A DNA stretch of 62,581 nt, counting the filler. It is 4 parts of 4 records of this genome, joined end to end, with 100 filler letters (N's around TTAATTAATTAA, not from the genome) between each part and the next. Parts side by side here need not be neighbours in the genome. Positions count along the whole stretch, not along the records: positions 1 to 25,582 come from SRR20825019_1513; positions 25,683 to 43,672 come from SRR20825019_1514; 2 more parts are not named here. One strand, written 5' to 3'. Within the stretch, counting starts at the first letter, position 1. Each line of letters starts with the position of its first letter. A program made the translations under genes and the position numbers. Below, piece by piece: positions 25,000 to 35,274 of the stretch. Below the pieces are notes generated by a model, which saw nothing but the letters and a program-made list of their open reading frames with translations, searched no databases and had not been told where the DNA came from.

Positions 25000-25320
25000 C
25001 AGTGCGGCAGGTCTGCCGCCTTCCAACCCCGGGCCGCCGTTCGGCAGCGGGCGCGGGGCCGGGGTTGGCAAGCCCCACCGTATGCGGACGCCGTTCAGGG
25101 CCCGGTAGCTGACCGCTGCCGGCCACCGTTGGACCATCCATCGGCGGCGGCTCGCAAGCAACGGACCACTGACAAGGGGCTTGTCCATGCTCGGCCGGGG
25201 CTGACGCCGACCGGCAGCGCCGCGCAGCCACACTGATGCGCCCGGGCCGCTGACTTGCTGACCCGCGCCGCTGACGCCGAGCCCGGCGCTGAGCACGCTT
25301 TGATGGCGGCCGTGTTGACT
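25000..25320. promoter_or_regulatory. GC/CpG-rich island, putative promoter
   Basis: Immediately upstream of the minus-strand start at 24912. A possible plus-strand first exon (ATG 25429 followed by AG/GTGAG) lies on the other side. Confidence 0.5.
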
Positions 25321-25582
25321 CATCAGTGAGAGAGGTCACAGCAGTGTCGCAGTCACAGCGTGAGCCACATAACGGGTTATCCAAAATCTCGACATCCGAG
25401 ATTGTATCTGCGTCAATCAAGATTCATCATGTGTGAAATCGGCGGCAAGCTCCTCAGCAAAGGACGCAGGTGAGATTCCTGTCATCATAGGGTGTGAATT
25501 CTTCATTGTGTGATCCCCGAAATCTGGAGACGCTTCTGCTCAACCAAGCTGATGTCCATCACAAGTGGAACGCCTTCCATCT

Positions 25583-25682
25583 NNNNNNNNNNNNNNNNNN
25601 NNNNNNNNNNNNNNNNNNNNNNNNNNTTAATTAATTAANNNNNNNNNNNNNNNNNNNNNNNNNNNNNNNNNNNNNNNNNNNN
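25583..25682. other. Artificial contig spacer
   Basis: N44-TTAATTAATTAA-N44; the linker has stops in all six frames. Confidence 0.98.
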
Positions 25683-26267
25683 CACAAGACCCTGCGCGGT
25701 CCGCGCGGTGGCCTGATCCTCACCAATGACGAGGCGATCGCCAAGAAGATCAACTCGGCCATTTTCCCTGGCATCCAGGGTGGGCCGCTGATGCATGTCA
25801 TCGCCGCCAAGGCCGTCGCCTTCAAGGAAGCGCTCTCGCCAGAGTTCAAGGCCTATGCCAGCCAGGTCGTGGCCAATGCCAGGGTTCTGGCCGATACACT
25901 GGTCAAGGGTGGCGTCGACATCGTTTCGGGCGGCACCGACAATCACCTGATGCTGGTCGATCTTCGGCCCAAGGGGCTCACCGGCAAGGCCACAGAAAAG
26001 GCGCTCGAACGCGCCCACATCACCTGCAACAAGAACGCCGTGCCGTTCGATCCGGAAAAGCCCGCCATCACCTCCGGTGTGCGCCTCGGGACACCGGCCG
26101 GGACGTCGCGCGGCTTTGGCGAGGCAGAATTCCGGCTCATTGGTGAACTCATCATCGAGGTGCTCGATGGCCTCAAGACCAATGGCGACGACAATAATGG
26201 TGCCGTAGAGGCCGAAGTCCGCGCCAAGGTGAAGACGCTCACCGATCGCTTCCCGATCTACGGCTAA
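25683..26267 (+). CDS. glyA: Serine hydroxymethyltransferase, 5'-truncated at contig edge
   Basis: [10 protein letters not shown] (PLP lysine), [46 protein letters not shown]. Confidence 0.97.
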   Translation, partial: HKTLRGPRGGLILTNDEAIAKKINSAIFPGIQGGPLMHVIAAKAVAFKEALSPEFKAYASQVVANARVLADTLVKGGVDIVSGGTDNHLMLVDLRPKGLTGKATEKALERAHITCNKNAVPFDPEKPAITSGVRLGTPAGTSRGFGEAEFRLIGELIIEVLDGLKTNGDDNNGAVEAEVRAKVKTLTDRFPIYG

Positions 26268-26284
26268 CAACCAGAAGGCCCGCC

Positions 26285-26764
26285 ATGCGCTGCCCCTATT
26301 GTGGCAATGACGATACCCAAGTGAAGGATAGCCGCCCGACAGAAGATTCGGGCGCTATCCGCCGCCGCCGTGTCTGCAATGGCTGTGGCGGGCGCTTTAC
26401 CACCTTTGAGCGGGTGCAGCTTCGCGACCTGACTGTGGTCAAGAAGACTGGCCGCAAGGTGCCCTTCGACCGCGAAAAGCTGGCGCGCTCGGTCAATACC
26501 GCCCTGCGCAAGCGCTCGGTGGAACCTGAAAAGGTCGAGCGCATGATCTCGGGCATTGTTCGCCAGCTCGAAAGCCTGGGCGATGTCGAGGTTACCTCCG
26601 ATCAGATCGGCGAATATGTCATGGAAGGTCTCAAGGGCCTTGATGACGTGGCCTTTGTGCGCTTTGCTAGCGTTTACAAGAATTTTTCCGCTGCCAACGA
26701 TTTCCGCTCTTTCCTTGCCGACCTGGAAGAGAGCAGCGCTGGTCTGCCGGAGGATGATGTTTGA
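26285..26764 (+). CDS. nrdR: Transcriptional repressor NrdR
   Basis: MRCPYC...DSRP...[18 protein letters not shown] zinc ribbon, ATP cone, [10 protein letters not shown]. Confidence 0.97.
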   Translation: MRCPYCGNDDTQVKDSRPTEDSGAIRRRRVCNGCGGRFTTFERVQLRDLTVVKKTGRKVPFDREKLARSVNTALRKRSVEPEKVERMISGIVRQLESLGDVEVTSDQIGEYVMEGLKGLDDVAFVRFASVYKNFSAANDFRSFLADLEESSAGLPEDDV

Positions 26765-26889
26765 GCGTGGCCCGACCGCACCCACAAAAGGATTCGTTCA
26801 TCGCCCCTTGAGGTAGAACTGCCGGACGATCCCCGATTGCGCTACTATCTGCTTCGCGTCTCCCAGTGACGCGTCCAGGGAGGTAGATC

Positions 26890-27363
26890 ATGGATTCCTA
26901 CGGTGTGCGATTTCCGCTGCCTGCAGACGCGGGCAGGGGCCTGCGATTCCTCATTGTTGAGGGGCGGGCCTATCCCGATATTGCCGATGAAATGAAGCGA
27001 GGCGCGGTCGCAGCGCTGGAGAAGGCCGGGGCGCTCCATGAAACCATTGCCGTGCCCAGTGCCATGGAAGTGCCCGTGGCCATGGCAATGGCGATTGAAA
27101 CCGGACGCTTCGACGGCTATGTGGCGCTGGGCTGTGTTATTCGCGGCCAGACCAACCACTATGTGTCGGTGGCCAATGAGAGCATCAGGGCCCTGGCAGA
27201 ATTGGCCGTTGTTGACGCTTTGCCTCTTGGCATCGGCATTCTGACGGTAGAAAACGAAGCGCAGGCCCGGATGCGGGCCGATGTGAATGACCAGGATCGG
27301 GGCGGGGATGCAGCGCGAGCCGCACTTGTCCTGTCTGATGTGAAAGCGAAACTGAACAGCTAG
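26890..27363 (+). CDS. ribH: 6,7-dimethyl-8-ribityllumazine synthase family protein, divergent
   Basis: FDGYVALGCVIRGQTNHY and GILTVENEAQA..RA motifs; directly upstream of nusB; RBS GGAGG. Confidence 0.88.
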   Translation: MDSYGVRFPLPADAGRGLRFLIVEGRAYPDIADEMKRGAVAALEKAGALHETIAVPSAMEVPVAMAMAIETGRFDGYVALGCVIRGQTNHYVSVANESIRALAELAVVDALPLGIGILTVENEAQARMRADVNDQDRGGDAARAALVLSDVKAKLNS

Positions 27364-27849
27364 ATGACTGACCATCCCAAACGTGATCCCGGCGCTGCGC
27401 GCCCTGCCAACCAGCGTGGCGCTGCCCGCCTGGCAGCCGTCCAGGCGCTCTACCAGATGGATATCGGCCGGGCGACGCTCGAAGATACGCTGGCACAGTT
27501 TGGCTCGTTCCATCTCGGCCGCGAAATCGAGGGCGAGCAATACCTGCCCGCCGACGCCGATTTCTTCCGCCAGATCGTCACCGGCGTCGCAAAGCATCAG
27601 CTTGAGATCGACCCATCGGTCGACAAGGCCCTGGCCGAAGGCTGGCCTATCGAGCGCGTCGACGCCACCCTGCGTGCCATTCTGCGTGCCGCCGCATTTG
27701 AGTTGCTGCGCCGCAAGGACATCCCGGCGCGCGTTGTCATCACCGAATATGTCGACATTGCCCGCGCCTTTTATGAGGACGATGCATCCGGCCTCGTCAA
27801 CGCCGCGCTGGATACCATTGCCCGTTCCGCCGGCGTGGACATGAACTGA
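27364..27849 (+). CDS. nusB: Transcription antitermination factor NusB
   Basis: RGAARLAAVQALYQMD, LRAILRAAAFEL, VITEYVDIA, VNAALD. Confidence 0.96.
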   Translation: MTDHPKRDPGAARPANQRGAARLAAVQALYQMDIGRATLEDTLAQFGSFHLGREIEGEQYLPADADFFRQIVTGVAKHQLEIDPSVDKALAEGWPIERVDATLRAILRAAAFELLRRKDIPARVVITEYVDIARAFYEDDASGLVNAALDTIARSAGVDMN

Positions 27850-27918
27850 CCCGATCGCCATGGACGACTCCGGCAGCGGGGCGCACCGTCCGCCGCCTTC
27901 CACCAAGGATGTCCTCCA

Positions 27919-29109
27919 ATGCCTGACAGCCGCAGCCAGTCCATCCGCAATATCGGCCTGCTCTCAGCGGTCCAGGCCCTTGGTGGCTCCAGCTCCTCGA
28001 TCATCATGTCGGTAGCGGCTCTGGCGGCCGTGAATTTTGCTCCGGATCCGTCCGCCGCGACGCTGCCGGTAACAGCCATGATTGTCGGCCTTGCCCTGAC
28101 CACCTCGACCGCAACCATGCTGATCTATCGTCTGGGCCGCACTCGCGGACTCATGCTGGGGGCGGCTATCGGCATCCCCGCGTCTGTGGTTGCTACGCTG
28201 GCTGTCATACTCGGGCAGTTTTATCTGTTTGCAGCCGGCCTGTTCCTTGTGGGCATGTCGGGCGCCTTCATGCAGCAGGTGCGCTTTGCCGCCGCCGATA
28301 GTGTTGCTCCCGAGTTCAAGAGCCAGGCAATTTCCTGGGTCATGTTCGGTGGCGTTGCCGCAGGCTTCCTGGGGCCGCAATTGAGCGCCTTGAGCATAGG
28401 TTGGATTCCCGGGGCAGAATATGCCGCCAGCTTCATGGTCATCGGCGTGATCTCGCTGCTTTCGGTCGTGGTGCTGGCCGGTACCCGCCTGGCCCCGACC
28501 CATGCGCCGGGCGCGAATGAGGACAAGGGGCGCCCGCTCTCGGTGCTGCTGCGTCAGCCGGAGATCGTCCTGCCCATGCTTGGTGGCGCGCTCAGCTATG
28601 CGCTAATGACCCTCATCATGGTCGCCGCTCCGTTGGCTATGGTGCATCTATGCGGCCACTCGCCCACCGAGGCGGCCGGGGCCATTCAATGGCATGTGGT
28701 GGCCATGTTTGCGCCAAGCTTTGTCACCGGAGCCATCATCAAGCGCATCGGCGCCAACCTGGTCACCGCCATCGGCCTGCTGCTTATCATCGTGTGCGCG
28801 GTCATTGCCCTCAATGGCATCACCGTCGCGCATTTCACCGCCACATTGATCCTTTTGGGTGTGGGCTGGAACTTCGGCTTCATCGGTTCGACAGCCATGC
28901 TGGCGACCAGCTATCGACCGCAAGAGGCCGGCCGTGTCCAGGCGGTCAATGAGCAGGTGGTGTTTGGCTCCAGCGCCATCGCCTCGCTCAGCTCGGGTTT
29001 CCTGCTGCAATTTGTGGGCTGGGAATCTATCAACCTGCTGGCCATTCCCGTGGCGACACTCACCATCCTGTTGCTGGGCTTCGGTGCCCTGCGTCAGGCG
29101 CGCGCCTGA
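27919..29109 (+). CDS. MFS transporter
   Basis: 396 aa, about 12 hydrophobic helices; RFAAAD, IQWHVVAMFAPSF and GVGWNFGFIG motifs. Confidence 0.9.
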   Translation: MPDSRSQSIRNIGLLSAVQALGGSSSSIIMSVAALAAVNFAPDPSAATLPVTAMIVGLALTTSTATMLIYRLGRTRGLMLGAAIGIPASVVATLAVILGQFYLFAAGLFLVGMSGAFMQQVRFAAADSVAPEFKSQAISWVMFGGVAAGFLGPQLSALSIGWIPGAEYAASFMVIGVISLLSVVVLAGTRLAPTHAPGANEDKGRPLSVLLRQPEIVLPMLGGALSYALMTLIMVAAPLAMVHLCGHSPTEAAGAIQWHVVAMFAPSFVTGAIIKRIGANLVTAIGLLLIIVCAVIALNGITVAHFTATLILLGVGWNFGFIGSTAMLATSYRPQEAGRVQAVNEQVVFGSSAIASLSSGFLLQFVGWESINLLAIPVATLTILLLGFGALRQARA

Positions 29110-29116
29110 GCCAAAC

Positions 29117-29141
29117 AAAAAGCCCCGGCGAACCGGGGCTT
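29117..29141 (-). terminator. Intrinsic terminator between convergent MFS gene and bamE
   Basis: AAGCCCCGG-CGAA-CCGGGGCTT hairpin; A-run on the left gives a U-tail on the minus strand. Confidence 0.75.
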
Positions 29142-29164
29142 CGGACTTTTGCGTTCAATCGGCC

Positions 29165-29602
29165 TCAGAACGAGGACAGGATCGTGTCGACAAATGTCGC
29201 GTCCTCACCGAACGAGGGGGTGCGGCGGGTTTCGATGTTGATCGCCTTGCCATCTTCGAGCGCGTAGATGGCGCGTTCAATGACCTTCTTGTTCTGATCG
29301 AAATAGATCGCCAGAACGGTGCGTTCCTGGATCATGGACATGCCGAACGAGGTCTGGTTGACCTTCGTTTCCACATAATACCAGGCGGTGCGATCGCCAA
29401 ATGTACTTGTGGTCTGGGGAGAGCCGAGGACCAGCGTCACCAACTGCTGGCTCTGGCCGGGCCGGATTTGCTGCAGCGCCGAGTCCGGAATTTCATAGCC
29501 CTGGGTTCGCTTGGAGATTAGCGACGTGCTGCTGGTGCAGCCGGCGAGCGCAACGGCCAGAATGGCCGCGGCAACGGAGGCTTTTGCAATTCGCAGAGGC
29601 AT
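29165..29602 (-). CDS. bamE: Outer membrane protein assembly factor BamE (lipoprotein)
   Basis: Lipobox LAGC; QIRPGQSQQLVTLVLGSP and WYY motifs; usual position next to the plsX cluster. Confidence 0.9.
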   Translation of the reverse strand: MPLRIAKASVAAAILAVALAGCTSSTSLISKRTQGYEIPDSALQQIRPGQSQQLVTLVLGSPQTTSTFGDRTAWYYVETKVNQTSFGMSMIQERTVLAIYFDQNKKVIERAIYALEDGKAINIETRRTPSFGEDATFVDTILSSF

Positions 29603-29768
29603 GAATTTGACTTTCCCAATGGCTCTCGACTATAGGCGTGACACTTGGGCGCGTGCCCATTGGCCGCCGGAATGTGTAGCTGTCAACTTGGCCGTCTGGC
29701 AAGCTGGCAATGATCCGGCACCCTGATCTGCCCCGTGTTTGACCGATACCGACGCCGAGCGCAATCCC

Positions 29769-30296
29769 ATGATCATGTCCTTGTTCCGCAAGAAGAGTGC
29801 TACCGAGCCGGTTTACGCCGTTTACAATTCCATTGTGGCGCAATCCCGGCGGCCGGTCTTCTATGCCCAGTGGGGCGTTCCCGACACCGTCACCGGGCGG
29901 TTTGACATGATCAGCCTGCACATGGCGCTGCTGTTCCGTCGCCTGCGCAACGGGCCTGCAGGTTCGCGGGAGTTCAGCCAGGCAGTGTTCGACCTGTTTT
30001 TCAAGGATATGGACCGCTCACTGCGCGAAATGGGGGTGTCGGACCTGGGTGTGCCAAAAAAGATCCAGAAGATGGGCAATATCTTCTTCGGCCTGCTCGC
30101 CGCAATGAACGAAGCCATGGATCGCAATGACGTCGATGCGCTCGCCGGCGTATTGGCGCGCAATGTCTTTGATGGCAAGGATACGCCGCAGCTGCGGGCA
30201 CTGGCCGATTACGTCGTCGCCCGTGACGCGGAACTGGCGACCCAGCCCATAGAAGCGATCACCGCCGGGTCGGTCCGCTTCGAGGCCGCCGCATGA
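29769..30296 (+). CDS. Ubiquinol-cytochrome c chaperone (Cbp3-like) family protein
   Basis: VPDTVTGRFDMISLH and DMDRSLREMGVSDLGVPKK motifs. Confidence 0.9.
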   Translation: MIMSLFRKKSATEPVYAVYNSIVAQSRRPVFYAQWGVPDTVTGRFDMISLHMALLFRRLRNGPAGSREFSQAVFDLFFKDMDRSLREMGVSDLGVPKKIQKMGNIFFGLLAAMNEAMDRNDVDALAGVLARNVFDGKDTPQLRALADYVVARDAELATQPIEAITAGSVRFEAAA

Positions 30297-30844
30297 CCCG
30301 CCTTGAAGAGCCCATTTTCGATGCCGTCGTCAGGATCGATAAATTGCCGGCCGGCGGCCGCTCGATTGCCGTCGACGCGGACGAAACAGCGCGCCAGGCC
30401 ATTGCCGAGGCCATGAACATCCTCTCCGTGGAGCGGTTCAAGGCGAGCCTGACGGTCACGCCGTTGCGGGGGGGGCTCCGCGCGCTGGGACATCTCGAGG
30501 CCGACGCCACCCAGGCTTCTGTCGTCAGTTTCGAGCCCGTTGCCGAGACCATTTCCGAAGACATCGACCGCGTTTTCCTGCCGGCGCAGCGTGAAAAGCA
30601 GGCCCCCGCCGCGGGCGCCGAAATTTACGTCGACCTTGAAAATGACGACTTTCCGGATCACATCGACGGACCCGAGGTCGACCTGAGTTCGCTCCTGCTC
30701 GAAACCTTGGCGCTGGCGCTCGATCCTTATCCGCGTCTTCCGGGAGAATCCCTTGAGTCTCTGGGCGTTTCCACCGGAGATGAGGAGGAGGGGCCCTTTG
30801 CCAAACTGGCCCGCCTAAAGGGTGAGGGTGGAGACAAGAAATGA
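30293..30844 (+). CDS. DUF177/YceD family protein
   Basis: LALALDPYPRLPG and GPFAKLARLK motifs; upstream of plsX. Confidence 0.88.
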   Translation: MTRLEEPIFDAVVRIDKLPAGGRSIAVDADETARQAIAEAMNILSVERFKASLTVTPLRGGLRALGHLEADATQASVVSFEPVAETISEDIDRVFLPAQREKQAPAAGAEIYVDLENDDFPDHIDGPEVDLSSLLLETLALALDPYPRLPGESLESLGVSTGDEEEGPFAKLARLKGEGGDKK

Positions 30845-30928
30845 GGCCTTGCCCTTCCAGGGCTTGCGCCGACCCGTTGATGGGATATGTTTGCTTGCCC
30901 GCCAAAGCGGGCCGAAAAACGGGCTGAA

Positions 30929-31999
30929 ATGACCGATTCTATTACGATTTCCGTGGATGCCATGGGCGGCGATCACGCTCCGCGTGCCGTTATTCATGGC
31001 GCTCACCTGGCCCTCAAGGAGCGCAAGAATACGCGCTTTATCTTTCATGGCCTGAAAGAGCAGATCGACCCCCTGCTTGAAGAATTCCCGGCCCTCAAGC
31101 CGGTTTCCACCGTCAGGCATTGCGAGACCGTGATTGCCATGGATGAGAAGCCGAGCCAGGCCCTGCGCAAAGGCAAAGGCACCTCGTCCATGTGGATGGC
31201 CATCCAGGCCGTCAAGGACAAGGAAGCCGATGTCGCCATTTCCGGTGGCAATACCGGCGCCCTGATGGCGATGGCCACGTTCTGCCTGCGGCCGATGAAG
31301 GGCATTTCACGCCCCGGCATTGCTGCGATCTGGCCGACCCTGCGCTCCGATATCATCGTGCTCGATATGGGCGCCACCATCGGTGCCGATGCTCAGCAAC
31401 TGGTGGACTACACCATTCTCGGTTCGGCATTGGCTCGGGCCCTGTTCGATTCCGAATCGCCCACGGTCGGCTTGCTCAATGTCGGCACCGAGGAAGTGAA
31501 GGGGCTCGACTATATCAAGGAAGCCGGCAAAATTCTCTCCGAAGCGAGCGGCGCCGGCTTTACCTATCACGGCTTTGTCGAAGGCGATGACATCGGCAAG
31601 GGCACGGTGGACGTCGTCGTCACCGAAGGCTTCGTGGGCAATATTGCGCTCAAGACCGCAGAAGGCACGGCCCGTCAGGTTGCGACCTATCTGCGCCAGT
31701 CGCTCAAGGCGACATTGATGAGCCGCATCGGCGCCCTGTTCGCGTCATCGGCCCTCAATGCCCTGCGCCGCAAGATGGATCCGCGCACCGTCAATGGTGG
31801 CGTGTTCATGGGTCTTAATGGCATTGTCATCAAATCCCATGGTGGCACCGACGAGATCGGCTACAAGAGTGCGCTCGGCCTGTCCTACGAGATGGCGCGC
31901 AGCCGCCTGATGGACAAGATTGGCGACACCATGCATCGTTTTCCCATCCACAAGGCAGACCCCAACCTGCCAACCGAGACCGAGGCCAAATCGGCGTGA
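30929..31999 (+). CDS. plsX: Phosphate acyltransferase PlsX
   Basis: [48 protein letters not shown]. Confidence 0.97.
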   Translation: MTDSITISVDAMGGDHAPRAVIHGAHLALKERKNTRFIFHGLKEQIDPLLEEFPALKPVSTVRHCETVIAMDEKPSQALRKGKGTSSMWMAIQAVKDKEADVAISGGNTGALMAMATFCLRPMKGISRPGIAAIWPTLRSDIIVLDMGATIGADAQQLVDYTILGSALARALFDSESPTVGLLNVGTEEVKGLDYIKEAGKILSEASGAGFTYHGFVEGDDIGKGTVDVVVTEGFVGNIALKTAEGTARQVATYLRQSLKATLMSRIGALFASSALNALRRKMDPRTVNGGVFMGLNGIVIKSHGGTDEIGYKSALGLSYEMARSRLMDKIGDTMHRFPIHKADPNLPTETEAKSA

Positions 32000-32976
32000 C
32001 CAGCTCAATCCGTTCCGTCATTCGTGGAGTTGGCAGCTATTTGCCAGCCAGGACCGTCACCAATGAAGAATTGGCCAAAACCGTCGATACGTCCGATGAG
32101 TGGATTCAGCAGCGTGTCGGCATCAAGGAACGCCATATAGCCGCCGAGGGCGAGTTCACCTCCGACCTTGCCGCGGCCGCAGCGCGCGCAGCGCTCGACA
32201 ATGCCGGCTTTGCCATCGAGGACATCGACCTTATCATCGTGGCAACCACCACGCCTGACTATACCTTCCCCAGCGCTGCAACGCTGGTGCAGATGAAGTT
32301 GGGCATGCATCACGGCTTTGCCTTCGACATCCAGGCGGTCTGCTCCGGCTTCGTCTATGCCGTGGCCACAGCCGACAGCTATATCAAGAACGGCATGGCC
32401 CGCCGGGTGCTGGTTATTGGCGCCGAGACCTTTTCGCGCCTGCTCGACTGGACGGACCGCACCACCTGCGTACTGTTCGGCGATGGGGCTGGCGCAGTGA
32501 TCATGGAACGCGTCGATCTGGTCGAAGGTGAGCCCGAACGTGGCGTGCTCAGTTCGGCCCTGCGCTCAGACGGCCGCCATTGGGACAAGCTTTATGTCGA
32601 TGGCGGACCCTCGACCACGGGCACGACTGGCCACGTGCACATGCAAGGGCCGGAAGTCTTCCGCCATGCCGTGGGCAAGATTACCGATGTTGTCTACGCC
32701 ACGCTCGAGCAATCCGGTTACACCGTGGACGATCTCGACTGGTTCGTGCCGCACCAGGCCAACAAGCGCATAATCGATGGGGCAGGGGCCAAGCTCGGCC
32801 TGCCGTCCGAAAAGGTCATTGTCACTGTCGATGTGCACGCCAACACATCCGCCGCCTCCGTGCCGTTGGCGTTGAGCGTCGCCGTTGCCGACGGGCGCAT
32901 CAAACAGGGCGATCTGGTCATGCTCGAGGCCATGGGTGGCGGCTTCACCTGGGGCGCCTCACTCATTCGCTGGTAG
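31996..32976 (+). CDS. fabH: 3-oxoacyl-ACP synthase III
   Basis: DIQAVCSGF (catalytic Cys), [26 protein letters not shown]. Confidence 0.97.
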   Translation: MTSSIRSVIRGVGSYLPARTVTNEELAKTVDTSDEWIQQRVGIKERHIAAEGEFTSDLAAAAARAALDNAGFAIEDIDLIIVATTTPDYTFPSAATLVQMKLGMHHGFAFDIQAVCSGFVYAVATADSYIKNGMARRVLVIGAETFSRLLDWTDRTTCVLFGDGAGAVIMERVDLVEGEPERGVLSSALRSDGRHWDKLYVDGGPSTTGTTGHVHMQGPEVFRHAVGKITDVVYATLEQSGYTVDDLDWFVPHQANKRIIDGAGAKLGLPSEKVIVTVDVHANTSAASVPLALSVAVADGRIKQGDLVMLEAMGGGFTWGASLIRW

Positions 32977-32990
32977 ACAAGTTAACCGCA

Positions 32991-33020
32991 TTGACCTCAA
33001 GCGTTTCAAGGCGTTAGTGT
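32991..33020 (+). promoter_or_regulatory. Possible sigma70-type promoter for ihfA
   Basis: TTGACC-N18-TAGTGT just after the fabH stop. Confidence 0.35.
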
Positions 33021-33199
33021 TCTTCCCGGGTGGAGGAAACCGGCGCTGACGCAAACGACGAGCTCGTGCGGCGGCGTCATTCTGGGGAAGGAATCCCGTA
33101 CGGAGATGCGGCCCGCGCGGTTGCATTGATGTCTTGTGGCGCGGCTATGCCATGTCGCTTGCGAGGGAATTCCGGACCCGCTGCAACTTGGGGGCGCGA

Positions 33200-33511
33200 A
33201 TGACGCAGAAGACGGTGACGCGGGCAGATCTTGCCGAAGCGGTCTATGGCTCGGTCGGGCTCTCACGAACAGAGTCAGCGGAACTGGTGGAGCGTGTCCT
33301 CGAACTGATATCGGACGCCCTTGTAACCGGATCTAACGTCAAGCTCTCCTCCTTCGGTTCCTTCCAGGTCCGTTCCAAGAATGAACGGATCGGCCGGAAT
33401 CCCAAGACCGGCGAGGAGGTCCCCATCCTGCCCCGGCAGGTTCTTGTGTTCAAACCCTCCAATGTGTTGAAGTCCAAGATCAACAAGTCTATGGTCGGCG
33501 CTGGAAAGTAA
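33200..33511 (+). CDS. ihfA: Integration host factor alpha subunit
   Basis: [34 protein letters not shown]; follows fabH as is typical in Rhizobiales. Confidence 0.96.
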   Translation: MTQKTVTRADLAEAVYGSVGLSRTESAELVERVLELISDALVTGSNVKLSSFGSFQVRSKNERIGRNPKTGEEVPILPRQVLVFKPSNVLKSKINKSMVGAGK

Positions 33512-33616
33512 GGCTTTTACGCGCCTGGTCGAAGAGCATTCTGGTTCTCCGAAAGGCCCGGCTGGTAAGGGCGAAACTGCAACAAGCGCGTTGCCGTGGG
33601 CAGGGAGAATCGCGGT

Positions 33617-34072
33617 TTGGACAAGTCGCCAGACGCGTTCCGTACCATCTCTGAAGCTGCTGAAGAGCTCGATCTCCCGCAGCACGTATTGCGATTCTGG
33701 GAAACCCGTTTCAATACTATCAAGCCGCTCAAGCGTGGCGGCGGGCGGCGTTATTACCGCCCCGAAGACGTGATGCTGCTGCGCGGCATTCGCCACCTGC
33801 TTTACGATCAGGGTTTCACCATCAAGGGCGTGCAAAAGATCCTCAAGGATCAGGGCGCGCGCTACGTCATCGCCGTTGGCGAGGGCAAGGGGCTCGACGA
33901 AATCCTGCCCATGATTGAGCAGGCGGAAGCTGCGGGCGATGAGGCCGAGTTGGAAGACGCCCAGATGCTGGCCAGCCCCGCGCTCGACCAGGAGTCACGC
34001 GACAAGCTCTCCGAGGTGCTGCGCGAACTGCTCGAATGCAAGCGGCTTCTGGAGCGCGCGCGCGAGCATTGA
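33617..34072 (+). CDS. MerR-family HTH regulator (ihfA-associated)
   Basis: [30 protein letters not shown]...[16 protein letters not shown] start assumed. Confidence 0.92.
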   Translation: MDKSPDAFRTISEAAEELDLPQHVLRFWETRFNTIKPLKRGGGRRYYRPEDVMLLRGIRHLLYDQGFTIKGVQKILKDQGARYVIAVGEGKGLDEILPMIEQAEAAGDEAELEDAQMLASPALDQESRDKLSEVLRELLECKRLLERAREH

Positions 34073-34079
34073 GAGCTCT

Positions 34080-34093
34080 GGAATTCCTGTTTC
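34080..34093. promoter_or_regulatory. Putative IolR operator upstream of iolG
   Basis: GGAA-N6-TTTC, one mismatch to the rhizobial GGAA-N6-TTCC IolR box. Confidence 0.5.
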
Positions 34094-34171
34094 GCATCTC
34101 CTGAAAATAGACTATTTATTCCGCCGGTTCGGGCCGATGTCGGGCCCATAGATTGCTGGAGTGTGTTCTCG

Positions 34172-35209
34172 ATGACCATTCGTTTTGGCCTGCTCGGCGC
34201 GGGTCGTATTGGAAAAGTGCATGCTGCGGCCGTCTCTTCGAATGGGCGGGCCGAACTGGTCGCTGTGGCCGATGCCATGCCGGACGCGGCGTCGGCACTC
34301 GCCGGGCAATACGGCGCTCAGGTTCGCACCATCGAAGCCATCGAAACGGCGTTGGACATTGATGCAGTGATTATCTGTACGCCCACCGACACTCATGCCG
34401 ACCTGATCGAACGCTTCGCCCGGGCCGGCAAGGCCATCTTCTGCGAAAAGCCCATTGATCTCGACGTCGAGCGGGTCAAGGCCTGTCTCCGGGTCGTCGA
34501 TGAAACCGACGCGACGCTGATGGTCGGGTTCAACCGGCGCTTCGATCCGCACTTCCAGGCCGTGAAGAAGGCCATTGCCGAGGGCCAGATCGGTGCGGTT
34601 GAGATGGTCACCATCATCTCGCGCGATCCCGGTGCGCCCCCGGCCGACTATGTGAAGCGCTCCGGTGGCATTTTCCGCGACATGACCATCCACGATTTCG
34701 ACATGGCCCGCTTCCTGCTCGGCGAGGAAATCGAGACTGTGTCCGCCCAGGCCTCGGTTCTCGTGGACAAGGCCATCGGCGAGGCCGGCGATTTCGACAG
34801 CGCATCGATCATGCTGGCGACCGCATCGGGCAAGCATGCGACCATTTCGAACTCGCGCCGCGCGACCTATGGCTACGACCAGCGCATCGAAGTCCATGGT
34901 TCCAAGGGTGCCGTTGCGGCCGAGAACCAGCGTCCGGTTTCCATCGAGATTGCCAATGCCGATGGCTATACCAGGCCGCCGCTGCATGACTTCTTCATGA
35001 CCCGCTATACCGAGGCTTATGCTCGGGAAATCAGTCACTTCATCGACTGTGTGGAATCAAAATCTCCGGCCGCGCCGAGCGGTGCAGACGGGCTCATCGC
35101 TCTCGCTCTGGCAGAGGCAGCATTGCAATCGGTGGCCGAGGGCCGGGCTGTCAAGGTCAGCGAGATTACCGGCCCACTAGCAGACCGGTCCGTGTTTCAG
35201 GGGCGGTAG
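34172..35209 (+). CDS. iolG: myo-Inositol 2-dehydrogenase
   Basis: GLLGAGRIG, FCEKPID, GFNRRFDP, SGGIFRDMTIHDFD, YGYDQRIEVHG; adjacent to the iol operon. Confidence 0.95.
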   Translation: MTIRFGLLGAGRIGKVHAAAVSSNGRAELVAVADAMPDAASALAGQYGAQVRTIEAIETALDIDAVIICTPTDTHADLIERFARAGKAIFCEKPIDLDVERVKACLRVVDETDATLMVGFNRRFDPHFQAVKKAIAEGQIGAVEMVTIISRDPGAPPADYVKRSGGIFRDMTIHDFDMARFLLGEEIETVSAQASVLVDKAIGEAGDFDSASIMLATASGKHATISNSRRATYGYDQRIEVHGSKGAVAAENQRPVSIEIANADGYTRPPLHDFFMTRYTEAYAREISHFIDCVESKSPAAPSGADGLIALALAEAALQSVAEGRAVKVSEITGPLADRSVFQGR

Positions 35210-35274
35210 GCCGTCGGCCTTGCGGTCATCCGCTGACCTGCCTAGTCTTTGCTGTCCAGACACGGGAGCGTCAA

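Noticed and set aside
24913-25323. N-terminal 137 aa of the 1,899-aa ORF
   Set aside because: R/G/P-rich read-through of a GC island; ATG at 24912 is the more plausible start.
25627-25638. TTAATTAATTAA palindrome repeated three times in the window
   Set aside because: Always centred in a 100-nt N spacer; an assembly linker, not biology.
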